The notes under the pieces are model-generated. The model did not search any database. It was not told the DNA's origin and saw only the letters and a list, made by a program, of their open reading frames with translations. 64,000 nt of DNA from NCBI RefSeq assembly GCF_030013595.1, contig NZ_CP122768.1; one strand, written 5' to 3'. This document shows positions 23,461-36,054 of the stretch, in pieces. Source of the DNA: Escherichia coli. Its GTDB lineage: Bacteria; Pseudomonadota; Gammaproteobacteria; Enterobacterales; Enterobacteriaceae. Both the position numbers and the translations under genes were made by a program. The first letter of the stretch is position 1. Every line of letters starts with the position of its first letter.

Positions 23461-24345
23461 ATGAAAGTTGGTTTTATTGGCCTGGGGATTATGGGTAAAC
23501 CAATGAGTAAAAACCTTCTGAAAGCAGGTTACTCGCTGGTGGTTGCTGACCGTAACCCAGAAGCTATTGCTGACGTGATTGCTGCAGGTGCAGAAACAGC
23601 CTCTACGGCTAAAGCGATCGCTGAACAGTGCGACGTCATCATAACCATGCTGCCAAACTCCCCTCATGTGAAAGAGGTGGCGCTGGGTGAGAATGGCATT
23701 ATTGAAGGCGCGAAGCCAGGTACGGTATTGATCGATATGAGTTCTATCGCACCGCTGGCAAGCCGTGAAATCAGCGAAGCGCTGAAAGCGAAAGACATTG
23801 ATATGCTGGATGCTCCGGTGAGCGGCGGTGAACCGAAAGCTATCGATGGTACGCTGTCAGTGATGGTGGGCGGCGACAAGGCTATTTTCGACAAATACTA
23901 TGATTTGATGAAAGCGATGGCGGGTTCCGTGGTGCATACCGGGGAAATTGGTGCAGGTAACGTCACCAAACTGGCGAATCAGGTCATTGTGGCGCTGAAT
24001 ATTGCCGCGATGTCAGAAGCGCTAACGCTGGCAACCAAAGCGGGCGTTAACCCGGATCTGGTGTATCAGGCAATTCGCGGTGGACTGGCGGGCAGTACCG
24101 TGCTGGATGCCAAAGCGCCGATGGTGATGGACCGCAACTTCAAGCCGGGCTTCCGTATTGATCTGCATATTAAGGATCTGGCGAATGCACTGGATACTTC
24201 CCACGGCGTCGGCGCGCAACTGCCGCTCACAGCTGCGGTTATGGAGATGATGCAGGCACTGCGTGCAGATGGTTTAGGAACGGCAGATCATAGCGCCCTG
24301 GCGTGCTACTACGAAAAACTGGCGAAAGTCGAAGTTACTCGTTAA
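23461..24345 (+). CDS. garR: Tartronate semialdehyde reductase GarR (294 aa)
   Basis: ORF track 23446..24345; start trimmed to MKVGFIGLGIMG (NAD-binding GxGxxG). Confidence 0.85.
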   Translation: MKVGFIGLGIMGKPMSKNLLKAGYSLVVADRNPEAIADVIAAGAETASTAKAIAEQCDVIITMLPNSPHVKEVALGENGIIEGAKPGTVLIDMSSIAPLASREISEALKAKDIDMLDAPVSGGEPKAIDGTLSVMVGGDKAIFDKYYDLMKAMAGSVVHTGEIGAGNVTKLANQVIVALNIAAMSEALTLATKAGVNPDLVYQAIRGGLAGSTVLDAKAPMVMDRNFKPGFRIDLHIKDLANALDTSHGVGAQLPLTAAVMEMMQALRADGLGTADHSALACYYEKLAKVEVTR

Positions 24346-24441
24346 TGACGTCGTGCCCGGATGGCGTATTGCAATCCGGGCCTGGAATCCAGGCCGAATA
24401 AGAGAAACGCCCTCCGGCGTCATGTGGTAACAGGCATAGGT

Positions 24442-25587
24442 ATGAAAATCGTAATCGCCCCAGACTCTTATAAAGAAAGTTTATCTGCCAGCGAGGTTGC
24501 GCAGGCGATAGAAAAAGGATTTCGGGAAATTTTTCCTGATGCACAGTACGTTTCTGTTCCGGTTGCCGACGGTGGCGAAGGAACGGTGGAAGCGATGATT
24601 GCAGCCACCCAGGGTTCCGAACGTCACGCCTGGGTTACAGGGCCGTTGGGCGAGAAAGTGAATGCCAGTTGGGGGATCTCCGGCGATGGCAAAACCGCGT
24701 TTATTGAAATGGCGGCGGCCAGTGGGCTGGAGCTGGTACCTGCGGAAAAACGTGATCCACTCGTGACCACTTCACGCGGCACAGGCGAGTTAATTCTGCA
24801 GGCGCTGGAGAGCGGCGCGACAAACATTATTATCGGCATTGGCGGTAGCGCTACAAATGATGGCGGCGCAGGCATGGTACAGGCGCTGGGGGCGAAATTA
24901 TGCGACGCCAACGGCAATGAAATTGGTTTTGGCGGCGGTAGTCTTAATACTCTGAATGATATTGATATTTCCGGCCTCGATCCGCGCTTAAAAGATTGCG
25001 TCATTCGCGTCGCTTGTGATGTCACCAATCCGCTGGTGGGTGATAACGGCGCATCGCGCATCTTTGGCCCACAAAAGGGAGCCAGTGAAGCGATGATTGT
25101 CGAGCTGGACAATAACCTCTCTCACTATGCCGATGTCATTAAAAAAGCGCTGCATGTTGATGTGAAAGATGTCCCCGGCGCAGGAGCTGCGGGTGGTATG
25201 GGCGCGGCGCTGATGGCGTTTCTTGGTGCAGAACTGAAAAGTGGTATTGAAATAGTCACTACGGCGCTGAATCTGGAGGAACATATTCACGATTGTACGC
25301 TGGTGATCACCGGTGAAGGGCGTATTGACAGCCAGAGTATACACGGCAAGGTTCCGATTGGCGTCGCAAACGTGGCGAAAAAGTACCATAAACCGGTTAT
25401 TGGCATTGCGGGTAGCCTGACCAATGATGTTGGCGTTGTACATCAGCATGGCATTGATGCGGTCTTCAGCGTATTGACCAGTATTGGTACGTTGGACGAA
25501 GCATTCCGCGGGGCTTATGACAATATTTACCGTGCTTCACGTAATATCGCCGCGACACTGGCGATTGGAATGCGCAACGCGGGGTGA
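24442..25587 (+). CDS. garK: Glycerate 2-kinase GarK (381 aa)
   Basis: ORF track 24361..25587; start trimmed to MKIVIAPDSYKESLSA (glycerate kinase family N-terminus). Confidence 0.85.
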   Translation: MKIVIAPDSYKESLSASEVAQAIEKGFREIFPDAQYVSVPVADGGEGTVEAMIAATQGSERHAWVTGPLGEKVNASWGISGDGKTAFIEMAAASGLELVPAEKRDPLVTTSRGTGELILQALESGATNIIIGIGGSATNDGGAGMVQALGAKLCDANGNEIGFGGGSLNTLNDIDISGLDPRLKDCVIRVACDVTNPLVGDNGASRIFGPQKGASEAMIVELDNNLSHYADVIKKALHVDVKDVPGAGAAGGMGAALMAFLGAELKSGIEIVTTALNLEEHIHDCTLVITGEGRIDSQSIHGKVPIGVANVAKKYHKPVIGIAGSLTNDVGVVHQHGIDAVFSVLTSIGTLDEAFRGAYDNIYRASRNIAATLAIGMRNAG

Positions 25588-25619
25588 CAAGGGCGCGCAA
25601 ACCCTCTATACTGCGCGCC

Positions 25620-25996
<377 letters not shown>

Positions 25997-26004
25997 TTTT
26001 ACGT

Positions 26005-26036
26005 AAAAACCCGCTTCGGCGGGTTTTTGCTTTTTG
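26005..26036 (+). terminator. Intrinsic terminator of rnpB
   Basis: aaaaacccgc-ttcg-gcgggttttt hairpin followed by gcttttt immediately 3' of M1 RNA. Confidence 0.7.
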
Positions 26037-26102
26037 GAGCATAGTGTAAGATGAATAAATATCTACGGTATTAATAATAGACTTTGTAAGAAGTTATTAA
26101 GT

Positions 26103-27290
26103 CTATATTGCATTTAAAAGGTCGTAATCATACGTATAGTCCTCTCTGGTAAAATATTGCTTCTCTGAGTTATAAGCTTCATATGTGTTATATTTTACGA
26201 CCTCAAAGCAATTGTCTGGAGAATTTTCGTCTTTCTCGAGTGTATTATCTGGAAGGAATTCCTCTGAGCTAGAGTCCTCTATGTTTAAATCTGTATTGTA
26301 ATTAATGTTTGGATCGATCAGATAAGCATTTTCTTTGACGCTTTCATAATCTTTAATGATTATATCGATGTAATAATCTATTTTTTCTAATGAGAATACT
26401 TTCATCTCTGGTAATTTAATTCTGTTCAAGTAATTGTTAATTTTCGATGAGCTTTTATATATTTCTTTTGTTAATTCATTTTCTAATTCATCTGTTAGAG
26501 TTGCTCTTGGTATAGATTCTATAATTGCAAGTCTCATAATTTTTAATTGTTCTTCGGTAATATCTCCAAGCGCATTTAAACAACTTTCGACAAGCTTAAT
26601 TTTTTCTTCAGAATACATATCGTTAATGCTTGTTATAACAGGCGTTATTTTTAGTAAATAATCCCATGAGATTGTGGCGTTTTGTTTTGAACTAACGAAA
26701 TTTACCTGAAACATGTTGGCATTAGTAAAATCTGTGTCATCCAATTTAAAAGGATTTAAAATTGTATTGGCCATATGTTTATCTGTAAAATCATAAAGTT
26801 CTAAATCGACATTCCGTAAGTCCAGAGAGGATAGATCAACTATACCTCCAGTCCCACAACTAAAGATTACGTTCAACCTCCTGATTTCATTGTAAATGTC
26901 TTTCAATGGGCAATTAACATTGATATTGCCTGTGGATATTTCCTGGTTTTTTAACGGTTCATTAATTGTAAGTTCACAGGTATTGTCTGATCGTTGAATA
27001 ATTCGGGCGTTATAACCAAAAAAATCCATACGAAGAGAGGAGTCATTATAAAGAATTACATTTTGTAAGTACGCTAATTCTTTTTGAAAATCACCAGTGA
27101 TAACACATTTCCCACCTGGTTGTAACGCGTTAAGTAAAGTGACCATTTCAATAGAGGTCTGTTTTAGTTTTTCTATGCCTGGTGCTAGTGCTTCGAGGTT
27201 ATTTCCTATGGGGCTTTCAGGAAGGTCATTCATTTTTCGACGGGCTAAATCACTACTAATATCATTACCAATTGATGAAACAGGTGACAT
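26103..27290 (-). CDS. yhaC: Uncharacterized protein YhaC (395 aa), low-GC gene
   Basis: ORF 26103..27290; Asn/Asp/Ile-rich with pentapeptide-repeat-like central region; AT-rich codon usage unlike neighbours. Confidence 0.8.
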   Translation of the reverse strand: MSPVSSIGNDISSDLARRKMNDLPESPIGNNLEALAPGIEKLKQTSIEMVTLLNALQPGGKCVITGDFQKELAYLQNVILYNDSSLRMDFFGYNARIIQRSDNTCELTINEPLKNQEISTGNINVNCPLKDIYNEIRRLNVIFSCGTGGIVDLSSLDLRNVDLELYDFTDKHMANTILNPFKLDDTDFTNANMFQVNFVSSKQNATISWDYLLKITPVITSINDMYSEEKIKLVESCLNALGDITEEQLKIMRLAIIESIPRATLTDELENELTKEIYKSSSKINNYLNRIKLPEMKVFSLEKIDYYIDIIIKDYESVKENAYLIDPNINYNTDLNIEDSSSEEFLPDNTLEKDENSPDNCFEVVKYNTYEAYNSEKQYFTREDYTYDYDLLNAI

Positions 27291-27301
27291 TATTTTATCC
27301 T

Positions 27302-27910
27302 TTATAAATAATCAATAAAAATCATTATTAAAATGATCGGGTGAAAAAAAGAGAATTTGCCAACAATCTGAAGGAATGGAGGTTTTATTAAAGTACGTAG
27401 GGGGGTTAAGATGGCTTCTTTTCGGGTGAATTTTGCACAATACTTAGAAATCGTCTCCTTAATACACTCCAGCTCTTTTTTATTGACGGCTGAGCAAGTA
27501 CATTGTTCGCCAAAAGGTGCAAAAGTGCCTACATCTAATGTTTGTATGATATAATCGTCATGTTCTCCTGTAGAAATATCTATGATGAATGGACTCATAT
27601 TTTCCGGTTGGATTCGAATCATGACAGAAGGAACATCGCCTTGATAGAAATTCAATGCAGTAATTGCAGATAATACTCTCCGCAGTTCATTACTTATACT
27701 GTATATTTTATTAACGTCATTGGTGGAGACAATTTCTGCAAACTTTCTTTTTACCGTCCAATAATCAATATTTCTGTTGTGATTGTTAACCACTGCGTGC
27801 ATTGGCGGGATTGAAGGGTGAAAAATATGTGCAATTGGGAAGCCTTTCATTGATGCCTGCCTTGTCATCATGACAAACAATAATAGATGCTTATTTTCCT
27901 CGCACGGCAC
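27302..27910 (-). CDS. yhaB: Uncharacterized protein YhaB (start codon uncertain; ORF 202 aa)
   Basis: ORF 27302..27910; AT-rich; several in-frame ATGs near 5' end so the true start may be up to 60 nt internal. Confidence 0.65.
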   Translation of the reverse strand: MPCEENKHLLLFVMMTRQASMKGFPIAHIFHPSIPPMHAVVNNHNRNIDYWTVKRKFAEIVSTNDVNKIYSISNELRRVLSAITALNFYQGDVPSVMIRIQPENMSPFIIDISTGEHDDYIIQTLDVGTFAPFGEQCTCSAVNKKELECIKETISKYCAKFTRKEAILTPLRTLIKPPFLQIVGKFSFFHPIILIMIFIDYL

Positions 27911-28105
27911 TTTCGCACTATCAAAAAACGCTCATTTACCCGGCATTACAGTAAACGAAGCAACATTCTGTGGCCTACGCCGATCAAAAGCTCTGTGAAA
28001 ATTTCCCTTGTTGTCTTTGTCTGACCTTATCGCGGCGACCAGCAATTATTCGTTTTGTGATCCTCAACACAAAATGCTATTCGTCGCCTATGAGGGGAGA
28101 GGAAT

Positions 28106-28324
28106 TTATGGAAAACGATTGCATTCACAAAATGACGCCCTGTCAGAAGAGAAAAAGTTGACGTTAATCAATTGTTCGAGATGATCAATACCTGTATTCG
28201 AAATTTTAAAATATTGATAAAATAAATGTTTGTTCTCCAACAAATAACGTGAAAAAATGTGACGTGCCGCATTATTTATCGCTGAAATTGGTTTATTTAT
28301 AATAAAATTTGAGAACTTGCTCAT
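28106..28324 (-). CDS. tdcR: Small regulatory protein TdcR (72 aa), divergent from tdcA
   Basis: ORF 28106..28324; position upstream of and divergent from tdcABC as in K-12. Confidence 0.7.
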   Translation of the reverse strand: MSKFSNFIINKPISAINNAARHIFSRYLLENKHLFYQYFKISNTGIDHLEQLINVNFFSSDRASFCECNRFP

Positions 28325-28638
28325 TAAATTTAACTAAAATTTAGCCTGGTAATTATCCGGTAATTGCTTGAAATATGGTCTCAGCCCCTTTTTTGTATTA
28401 ACCACATAACGAATGATGTTATCGCCATAAAATATGGTTATCCCCGTCATTTTTTTTGACAAAAATCAGGGTTTATGCTGATTTTTATACCTTAACTTGT
28501 TGATATATAAAGATATTTAATTGTAATAACGATACCCTGGAAAGTATTGAAAGTTAATTTGTGAGTGGTCGCACATATCCTGTTCATTTCATTTTGATAC
28601 ACTTCATGCCGTCACTGAGGTAATTAACGTAGGTCGTT
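28325..28638. promoter_or_regulatory. tdc operon promoter/control region (CRP, IHF, TdcA, TdcR-dependent)
   Basis: 314-bp AT-rich region upstream of tdcA; identity by position; individual sites not mapped. Confidence 0.5.
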
Positions 28639-29577
28639 ATGAGCACTATTCTTCTTCCGAAAACGCAGCACCTGGTAGTCTTTCAGGAAGTCATTAGAAG
28701 TGGCTCTATCGGCTCGGCTGCAAAAGAATTAGGGTTAACTCAACCGGCCGTCAGTAAAATCATTAACGATATTGAAGATTATTTTGGCGTGGAATTAGTG
28801 GTGCGGAAAAATACCGGTGTAACACTAACACCTGCCGGTCAATTGTTACTCTCCCGTTCCGAATCCATTACCCGTGAAATGAAAAATATGGTTAATGAGA
28901 TAAGCGGTATGTCTTCTGAGGCAGTGGTGGAAGTCTCATTTGGTTTTCCTTCATTGATTGGTTTTACTTTTATGTCCGGGATGATCAACAAGTTCAAAGA
29001 GGTGTTCCCGAAAGCGCAGGTTTCTATGTATGAAGCGCAACTGTCTTCGTTCTTACCGGCAATCCGCGACGGTCGACTGGATTTTGCGATTGGTACGTTA
29101 AGCGCAGAAATGAAGCTTCAGGATTTACATGTTGAGCCGCTGTTCGAGTCCGAGTTTGTGCTGGTAGCCAGTAAGTCCCGAACATGCACCGGCACCACCA
29201 CGCTGGAGTCGTTGAAGAACGAACAGTGGGTGTTGCCACAAACCAATATGGGGTACTACAGCGAGCTGCTCACCACGTTACAAAGAAATGGCATCAGTAT
29301 TGAAAACATCGTTAAAACCGACTCAGTCGTGACAATTTATAATCTTGTTCTCAATGCTGATTTCTTAACTGTAATTCCTTGTGATATGACATCACCTTTT
29401 GGTTCTAATCAATTTATTACTATTCCGGTTGAAGAAACATTACCTGAGGCACAATATGCCGCGGTATGGTCGAAAAATTATCGTATTAAAAAAGCAGCAT
29501 CGGTTTTGGTGGAATTAGCCAAAGAGTATTCATCTTATAATGGGTGTAGACGAAGGCAATTAATTGAAGTTGGTTAG
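28639..29577 (+). CDS. tdcA: LysR-type transcriptional activator TdcA (312 aa)
   Basis: ORF 28639..29577; N-terminal LysR HTH. Confidence 0.9.
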   Translation: MSTILLPKTQHLVVFQEVIRSGSIGSAAKELGLTQPAVSKIINDIEDYFGVELVVRKNTGVTLTPAGQLLLSRSESITREMKNMVNEISGMSSEAVVEVSFGFPSLIGFTFMSGMINKFKEVFPKAQVSMYEAQLSSFLPAIRDGRLDFAIGTLSAEMKLQDLHVEPLFESEFVLVASKSRTCTGTTTLESLKNEQWVLPQTNMGYYSELLTTLQRNGISIENIVKTDSVVTIYNLVLNADFLTVIPCDMTSPFGSNQFITIPVEETLPEAQYAAVWSKNYRIKKAASVLVELAKEYSSYNGCRRRQLIEVG

Positions 29578-29675
29578 TTATTTGTTTTTATTTAAACATA
29601 AATAATCCACCTGTCTGTTTTGCAGGTGTCGGTTACGGTTACCTACATATTTAATTCAGGCTAAGAGGTTTTATA

Positions 29676-30665
29676 ATGCATATTACATACGATCTCCCGG
29701 TTGCTATTGATGACATCATTGAAGCAAAACAACGACTGGCTGGGCGAATTTATAAAACAGGCATGCCTCGCTCCAACTATTTTAGTGAACGTTGCAAAGG
29801 TGAAATATTCCTCAAATTCGAAAACATGCAGCGTACCGGTTCATTTAAAATTCGTGGCGCATTTAATAAATTAAGTTCACTGACCGATGCGGAAAAACGT
29901 AAAGGTGTAGTGGCCTGCTCTGCGGGCAACCATGCGCAAGGGGTTTCGCTCTCCTGCGCGATGCTGGGCATCGACGGTAAAGTGGTGATGCCAAAAGGCG
30001 CGCCGAAATCCAAAGTAGCGGCAACGTGCGACTACTCTGCAGAAGTCGTTCTGCATGGTGATAACTTCAACGACACTATCGCTAAAGTGAGCGAAATTGT
30101 CGAAATGGAAGGCCGTATTTTTATCCCACCTTATGATGATCCGAAAGTGATTGCTGGCCAGGGAACGATTGGTCTGGAAATTATGGAAGATCTCTATGAT
30201 GTCGATAATGTGATTGTGCCAATTGGTGGTGGCGGTTTAATTGCTGGTATTGCGGTGGCAATAAAATCTATTAACCCGACCATTCGTGTTATTGGCGTAC
30301 AGTCAGAAAACGTTCACGGCATGGCGGCTTCTTTCCACTCCGGAGAAATAACCACGCACCGAACTACCGGCACCCTGGCGGATGGTTGTGATGTCTCCCG
30401 CCCGGGTAATTTAACTTACGAAATCGTTCGTGAATTAGTCGATGACATCGTGCTGGTCAGCGAAGACGAAATCAGAAACAGTATGATTGCCTTAATTCAG
30501 CGCAATAAAGTCGTCACCGAAGGCGCAGGCGCTCTGGCATGTGCTGCATTATTAAGCGGTAAATTAGACCAATATATTCAAAACAGAAAAACCGTCAGTA
30601 TTATTTCCGGCGGCAATATCGATCTTTCTCGCGTCTCTCAAATCACCGGTTTCGTTGACGCTTAA
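29676..30665 (+). CDS. tdcB: Catabolic threonine dehydratase TdcB (PLP-dependent, 329 aa)
   Basis: ORF 29676..30665; PLP-lysine motif SFKIRGA. Confidence 0.9.
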
Positions 30666-30683
30666 TTAATTCGTTGAGGATAG

Positions 30684-32018
<1,335 letters not shown>

Positions 32019-32043
32019 TCCGTAACTCAGGATGAGAAAAGAG

Positions 32044-33252
32044 ATGAATGAATTTCCGGTTGTTTTGGTTATTAACTGTGGTTCGTCTTCGATTAAGTTT
32101 TCCGTACTCGATGCCAGCGACTGTGAAGTATTAATGTCAGGTATTGCCGACGGTATTAACTCGGAAAATGCATTCTTATCCGTAAATGGGGGAGAGCCAG
32201 CACCGCTGGCTCACCACAGCTACGAAGGTGCATTGAAGGCAATTGCATTTGAACTGGAAAAACGGAATTTAAATGACAGTGTGGCCTTAATTGGCCACCG
32301 CATCGCTCACGGCGGCAGTATTTTTACCGAGTCCGCCATTATTACCGATGAAGTCATTGATAATATCCGTCGCGTTTCTCCACTGGCACCCCTGCATAAT
32401 TACGCCAATTTAAGTGGTATTGAATCGGCGCAGCAATTATTTCCGGGCGTAACTCAGGTAGCGGTATTTGATACCAGTTTCCACCAGACGATGGCTCCGG
32501 AAGCTTATTTATACGGCCTGCCGTGGAAATATTATGAAGAGTTAGGTGTACGCCGTTATGGTTTCCACGGCACGTCGCACCGCTATGTTTCCCAGCGCGC
32601 GCATTCTTTGCTGAATCTGGCGGAAGATGACTCCGGCCTGGTTGTGGCGCATCTTGGCAATGGCGCGTCAATCTGCGCAGTTCGCAACGGTCAGAGTGTT
32701 GATACCTCAATGGGAATGACGCCGCTGGAAGGCTTGATGATGGGTACCCGCAGTGGTGATGTCGACTTCGGGGCGATGTCCTGGGTCGCCAGCCAAACCA
32801 ACCAGAGCCTGGGTGACCTGGAACGCGTAGTGAATAAAGAGTCGGGATTATTAGGTATTTCCGGTCTTTCTTCGGATTTACGTGTTCTGGAAAAAGCCTG
32901 GCATGAAGGTCACGAACGCGCGCAACTGGCAATTAAAACCTTTGTTCACCGAATTGCCCGTCATATTGCCGGACACGCAGCCTCATTACGTCGCCTGGAT
33001 GGAATTATATTCACCGGCGGAATAGGAGAGAATTCAAGTTTAATTCGTCGTCTGGTCATGGAACATTTGGCTGTATTAGGCGTAGAGATTGATACAGAAA
33101 TGAATAATCGCTCTAACTCCTGTGGAGAGCGAATTGTTTCCAGTGAAAATGCGCGTGTCATTTGCGCCGTTATCCCAACCAACGAAGAAAAAATGATTGC
33201 TTTGGATGCCATTCATTTAGGCAAAGTGAACGCGCCCGCAGAATTTGCATAA
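32044..33252 (+). CDS. tdcD: Propionate/acetate kinase TdcD (402 aa)
   Basis: ORF track 32032..33252; start trimmed to [19 protein letters not shown] (acetate kinase family). Confidence 0.85.
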   Translation: MNEFPVVLVINCGSSSIKFSVLDASDCEVLMSGIADGINSENAFLSVNGGEPAPLAHHSYEGALKAIAFELEKRNLNDSVALIGHRIAHGGSIFTESAIITDEVIDNIRRVSPLAPLHNYANLSGIESAQQLFPGVTQVAVFDTSFHQTMAPEAYLYGLPWKYYEELGVRRYGFHGTSHRYVSQRAHSLLNLAEDDSGLVVAHLGNGASICAVRNGQSVDTSMGMTPLEGLMMGTRSGDVDFGAMSWVASQTNQSLGDLERVVNKESGLLGISGLSSDLRVLEKAWHEGHERAQLAIKTFVHRIARHIAGHAASLRRLDGIIFTGGIGENSSLIRRLVMEHLAVLGVEIDTEMNNRSNSCGERIVSSENARVICAVIPTNEEKMIALDAIHLGKVNAPAEFA

Positions 33253-33285
33253 TTTAGTTGAAGTATTGTAGAGAGATTATTTTTC

Positions 33286-35580
33286 ATGAAGGTAGATATT
33301 GATACCAGCGATAAGCTGTACGCCGACGCATGGCTTGGCTTTAAAGGTACGGACTGGAAAAACGAAATTAATGTCCGCGATTTTATTCAACATAACTATA
33401 CACCGTATGAAGGCGATGAATCTTTCCTCGCTGAAGCGACGCCAGCCACCACGGAATTGTGGGAAAAGGTGATGGAAGGCATTCGTATTGAAAACGCAAC
33501 CCACGCGCCGGTTGATTTCGATACCAATATTGCTACCACCATTACCGCTCATGATGCGGGATATATTAACCAGCCGCTGGAAAAAATTGTTGGCCTGCAA
33601 ACGGATGCGCCATTAAAGCGTGCGCTGCATCCGTTCGGTGGCATTAATATGATTAAAAGTTCATTCCACGCCTATGGCCGTGAAATGGACAGTGAATTTG
33701 AATATCTGTTTACCGATCTGCGTAAAACCCATAATCAGGGCGTATTTGATGTTTACTCACCGGATATGCTGCGCTGCCGTAAATCTGGCGTACTGACCGG
33801 TTTGCCAGATGGTTATGGCCGTGGGCGCATTATTGGTGACTACCGCCGCGTGGCGCTGTATGGCATTCGTTATCTGGTGCGTGAACGCGAACTGCAATTT
33901 GCCGATCTCCAGTCCCGTCTGGAAAAAGGCGAGGATCTGGAAGCCACTATCCGTCTGCGTGAGGAGCTGGCAGAGCATCGTCATGCGCTGTTGCAGATTC
34001 AGGAAATGGCGGCGAAATATGGCTTTGATATCTCTCGCCCGGCGCAGAATGCGCAGGAAGCGGTGCAGTGGCTCTACTTCGCTTACCTGGCGGCAGTGAA
34101 ATCACAGAACGGCGGCGCGATGTCGCTGGGTCGCACGGCATCGTTCCTCGATATCTACATTGAGCGCGACTTTAAAGCTGGCGTCCTCAATGAGCAGCAG
34201 GCACAGGAACTGATCGATCACTTCATCATGAAGATCCGTATGGTACGCTTCCTGCGTACACCGGAATTTGATTCGCTGTTCTCCGGCGACCCAATCTGGG
34301 CGACGGAAGTGATCGGCGGGATGGGGCTGGACGGTCGTACGCTGGTGACCAAAAACTCCTTCCGCTATTTGCACACCCTGCACACTATGGGGCCGGCACC
34401 GGAACCTAACCTGACCATTCTTTGGTCGGAAGAATTACCGATTGCCTTCAAAAAATATGCCGCGCAGGTGTCGATCGTCACCTCTTCCTTGCAGTATGAA
34501 AACGACGATCTGATGCGTACTGACTTCAACAGCGACGATTACGCGATTGCCTGCTGCGTCAGCCCAATGGTGATTGGTAAGCAGATGCAGTTCTTTGGTG
34601 CGCGCGCTAACCTGGCGAAAACACTGCTGTACGCAATTAACGGCGGGGTGGATGAGAAGCTGAAGATTCAGGTCGGGCCGAAAACAGCACCATTGATGGA
34701 CGACGTGCTGGACTACGACAAAGTGATGGACAGCCTCGATCATTTCATGGACTGGCTGGCAGTGCAGTACATCAGCGCGCTGAATATCATCCACTACATG
34801 CACGACAAGTACAGCTATGAAGCCTCGCTGATGGCGCTGCACGATCGTGATGTTTATCGCACGATGGCGTGCGGCATCGCGGGCCTGTCGGTGGCAACAG
34901 ACTCCCTGTCCGCTATCAAATATGCCCGCGTGAAACCAATCCGTGACGAAAACGGCCTGGCGGTGGATTTCGAAATCGACGGTGAATATCCGCAGTACGG
35001 CAACAACGACGAGCGCGTAGACAGCATTGCCTGCGATCTGGTTGAACGCTTTATGAAGAAAATTAAAGCGCTGCCAACCTATCGCAACGCCGTCCCTACC
35101 CAGTCGATTCTGACTATCACTTCTAACGTGGTGTACGGCCAGAAAACCGGTAACACGCCAGACGGTCGTCGTGCGGGTACACCGTTCGCACCGGGCGCTA
35201 ACCCGATGCACGGTCGTGACCGCAAAGGTGCGGTAGCCTCGCTGACGTCGGTGGCGAAACTGCCGTTCACCTACGCCAAAGACGGGATCTCGTACACCTT
35301 CTCGATCGTGCCTGCGGCGCTGGGCAAAGAAGATCCAGTACGTAAAACCAACCTTGTCGGCCTGCTGGATGGGTATTTCCACCACGAAGCGGATGTCGAA
35401 GGCGGTCAACACCTCAACGTCAACGTAATGAATAGGGAAATGCTGCTGGATGCCATCGAGCACCCGGAAAAATATCCTAACCTGACAATCCGTGTCTCTG
35501 GCTACGCCGTGCGCTTCAACGCACTGACCCGTGAACAGCAACAGGATGTTATTTCACGTACTTTTACCCAGGCGCTCTGA
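33286..35580 (+). CDS. tdcE: 2-ketobutyrate/pyruvate formate-lyase TdcE (glycyl radical enzyme, 764 aa)
   Basis: ORF 33286..35580; C-terminal glycyl-radical motif RVSGYAVRF. Confidence 0.9.
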   Translation: MKVDIDTSDKLYADAWLGFKGTDWKNEINVRDFIQHNYTPYEGDESFLAEATPATTELWEKVMEGIRIENATHAPVDFDTNIATTITAHDAGYINQPLEKIVGLQTDAPLKRALHPFGGINMIKSSFHAYGREMDSEFEYLFTDLRKTHNQGVFDVYSPDMLRCRKSGVLTGLPDGYGRGRIIGDYRRVALYGIRYLVRERELQFADLQSRLEKGEDLEATIRLREELAEHRHALLQIQEMAAKYGFDISRPAQNAQEAVQWLYFAYLAAVKSQNGGAMSLGRTASFLDIYIERDFKAGVLNEQQAQELIDHFIMKIRMVRFLRTPEFDSLFSGDPIWATEVIGGMGLDGRTLVTKNSFRYLHTLHTMGPAPEPNLTILWSEELPIAFKKYAAQVSIVTSSLQYENDDLMRTDFNSDDYAIACCVSPMVIGKQMQFFGARANLAKTLLYAINGGVDEKLKIQVGPKTAPLMDDVLDYDKVMDSLDHFMDWLAVQYISALNIIHYMHDKYSYEASLMALHDRDVYRTMACGIAGLSVATDSLSAIKYARVKPIRDENGLAVDFEIDGEYPQYGNNDERVDSIACDLVERFMKKIKALPTYRNAVPTQSILTITSNVVYGQKTGNTPDGRRAGTPFAPGANPMHGRDRKGAVASLTSVAKLPFTYAKDGISYTFSIVPAALGKEDPVRKTNLVGLLDGYFHHEADVEGGQHLNVNVMNREMLLDAIEHPEKYPNLTIRVSGYAVRFNALTREQQQDVISRTFTQAL

Positions 35581-35593
35581 CGCCGGAGGATGT

Positions 35594-35983
35594 ATGAAAA
35601 AGATTATCGAAACGCAACGTGCCCCAGGCGCAATCGGCCCTTATGTTCAGGGCGTTGATTTAGGCAGCATGGTCTTCACCTCCGGGCAAATTCCGGTTTG
35701 CCCACAGACCGGTGAGATCCCGGCTGATGTGCAAGATCAGGCGCGTTTAAGTCTCGAAAACGTCAAAGCGATCGTGGTTGCTGCCGGGCTGAGCGTGGGC
35801 GATATCATCAAGATGACCGTGTTCATCACCGATCTGAATGATTTTGCCACCATCAACGAAGTCTATAAGCAGTTCTTCGATGAGCATCAGGCGACCTACC
35901 CGACCCGGAGCTGTGTACAGGTCGCGCGTTTGCCGAAAGATGTGAAGCTGGAAATTGAAGCCATCGCAGTACGTAGTGCGTAA
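35594..35983 (+). CDS. tdcF: RidA/YjgF-family enamine/imine deaminase TdcF (129 aa)
   Basis: ORF track 35531..35983; start trimmed to ATG 35594 (MKKIIETQRAPGAIGPYVQG). Confidence 0.9.
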   Translation: MKKIIETQRAPGAIGPYVQGVDLGSMVFTSGQIPVCPQTGEIPADVQDQARLSLENVKAIVVAAGLSVGDIIKMTVFITDLNDFATINEVYKQFFDEHQATYPTRSCVQVARLPKDVKLEIEAIAVRSA

Positions 35984-36054
35984 AGCCTCGTGAGCGGGAC
36001 GGTCGCAAGGTCGTTCCGCTCCACTTCACTGAACGGCAATCCGAGGGTATGGAT

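Noticed and set aside
24346-24441. REP-like palindromic segment between garR and garK
   Set aside because: Only partial resemblance to the PU consensus and it lies in the 5' extension of the garK ORF-track call; too weak to annotate.
34435-35541. 368-aa ORF antisense to tdcE
   Set aside because: Lies entirely within the well-supported tdcE coding region on the opposite strand; Arg/His/Val-rich, typical of GC-rich antisense frames with no start context. Treated as a spurious ORF.
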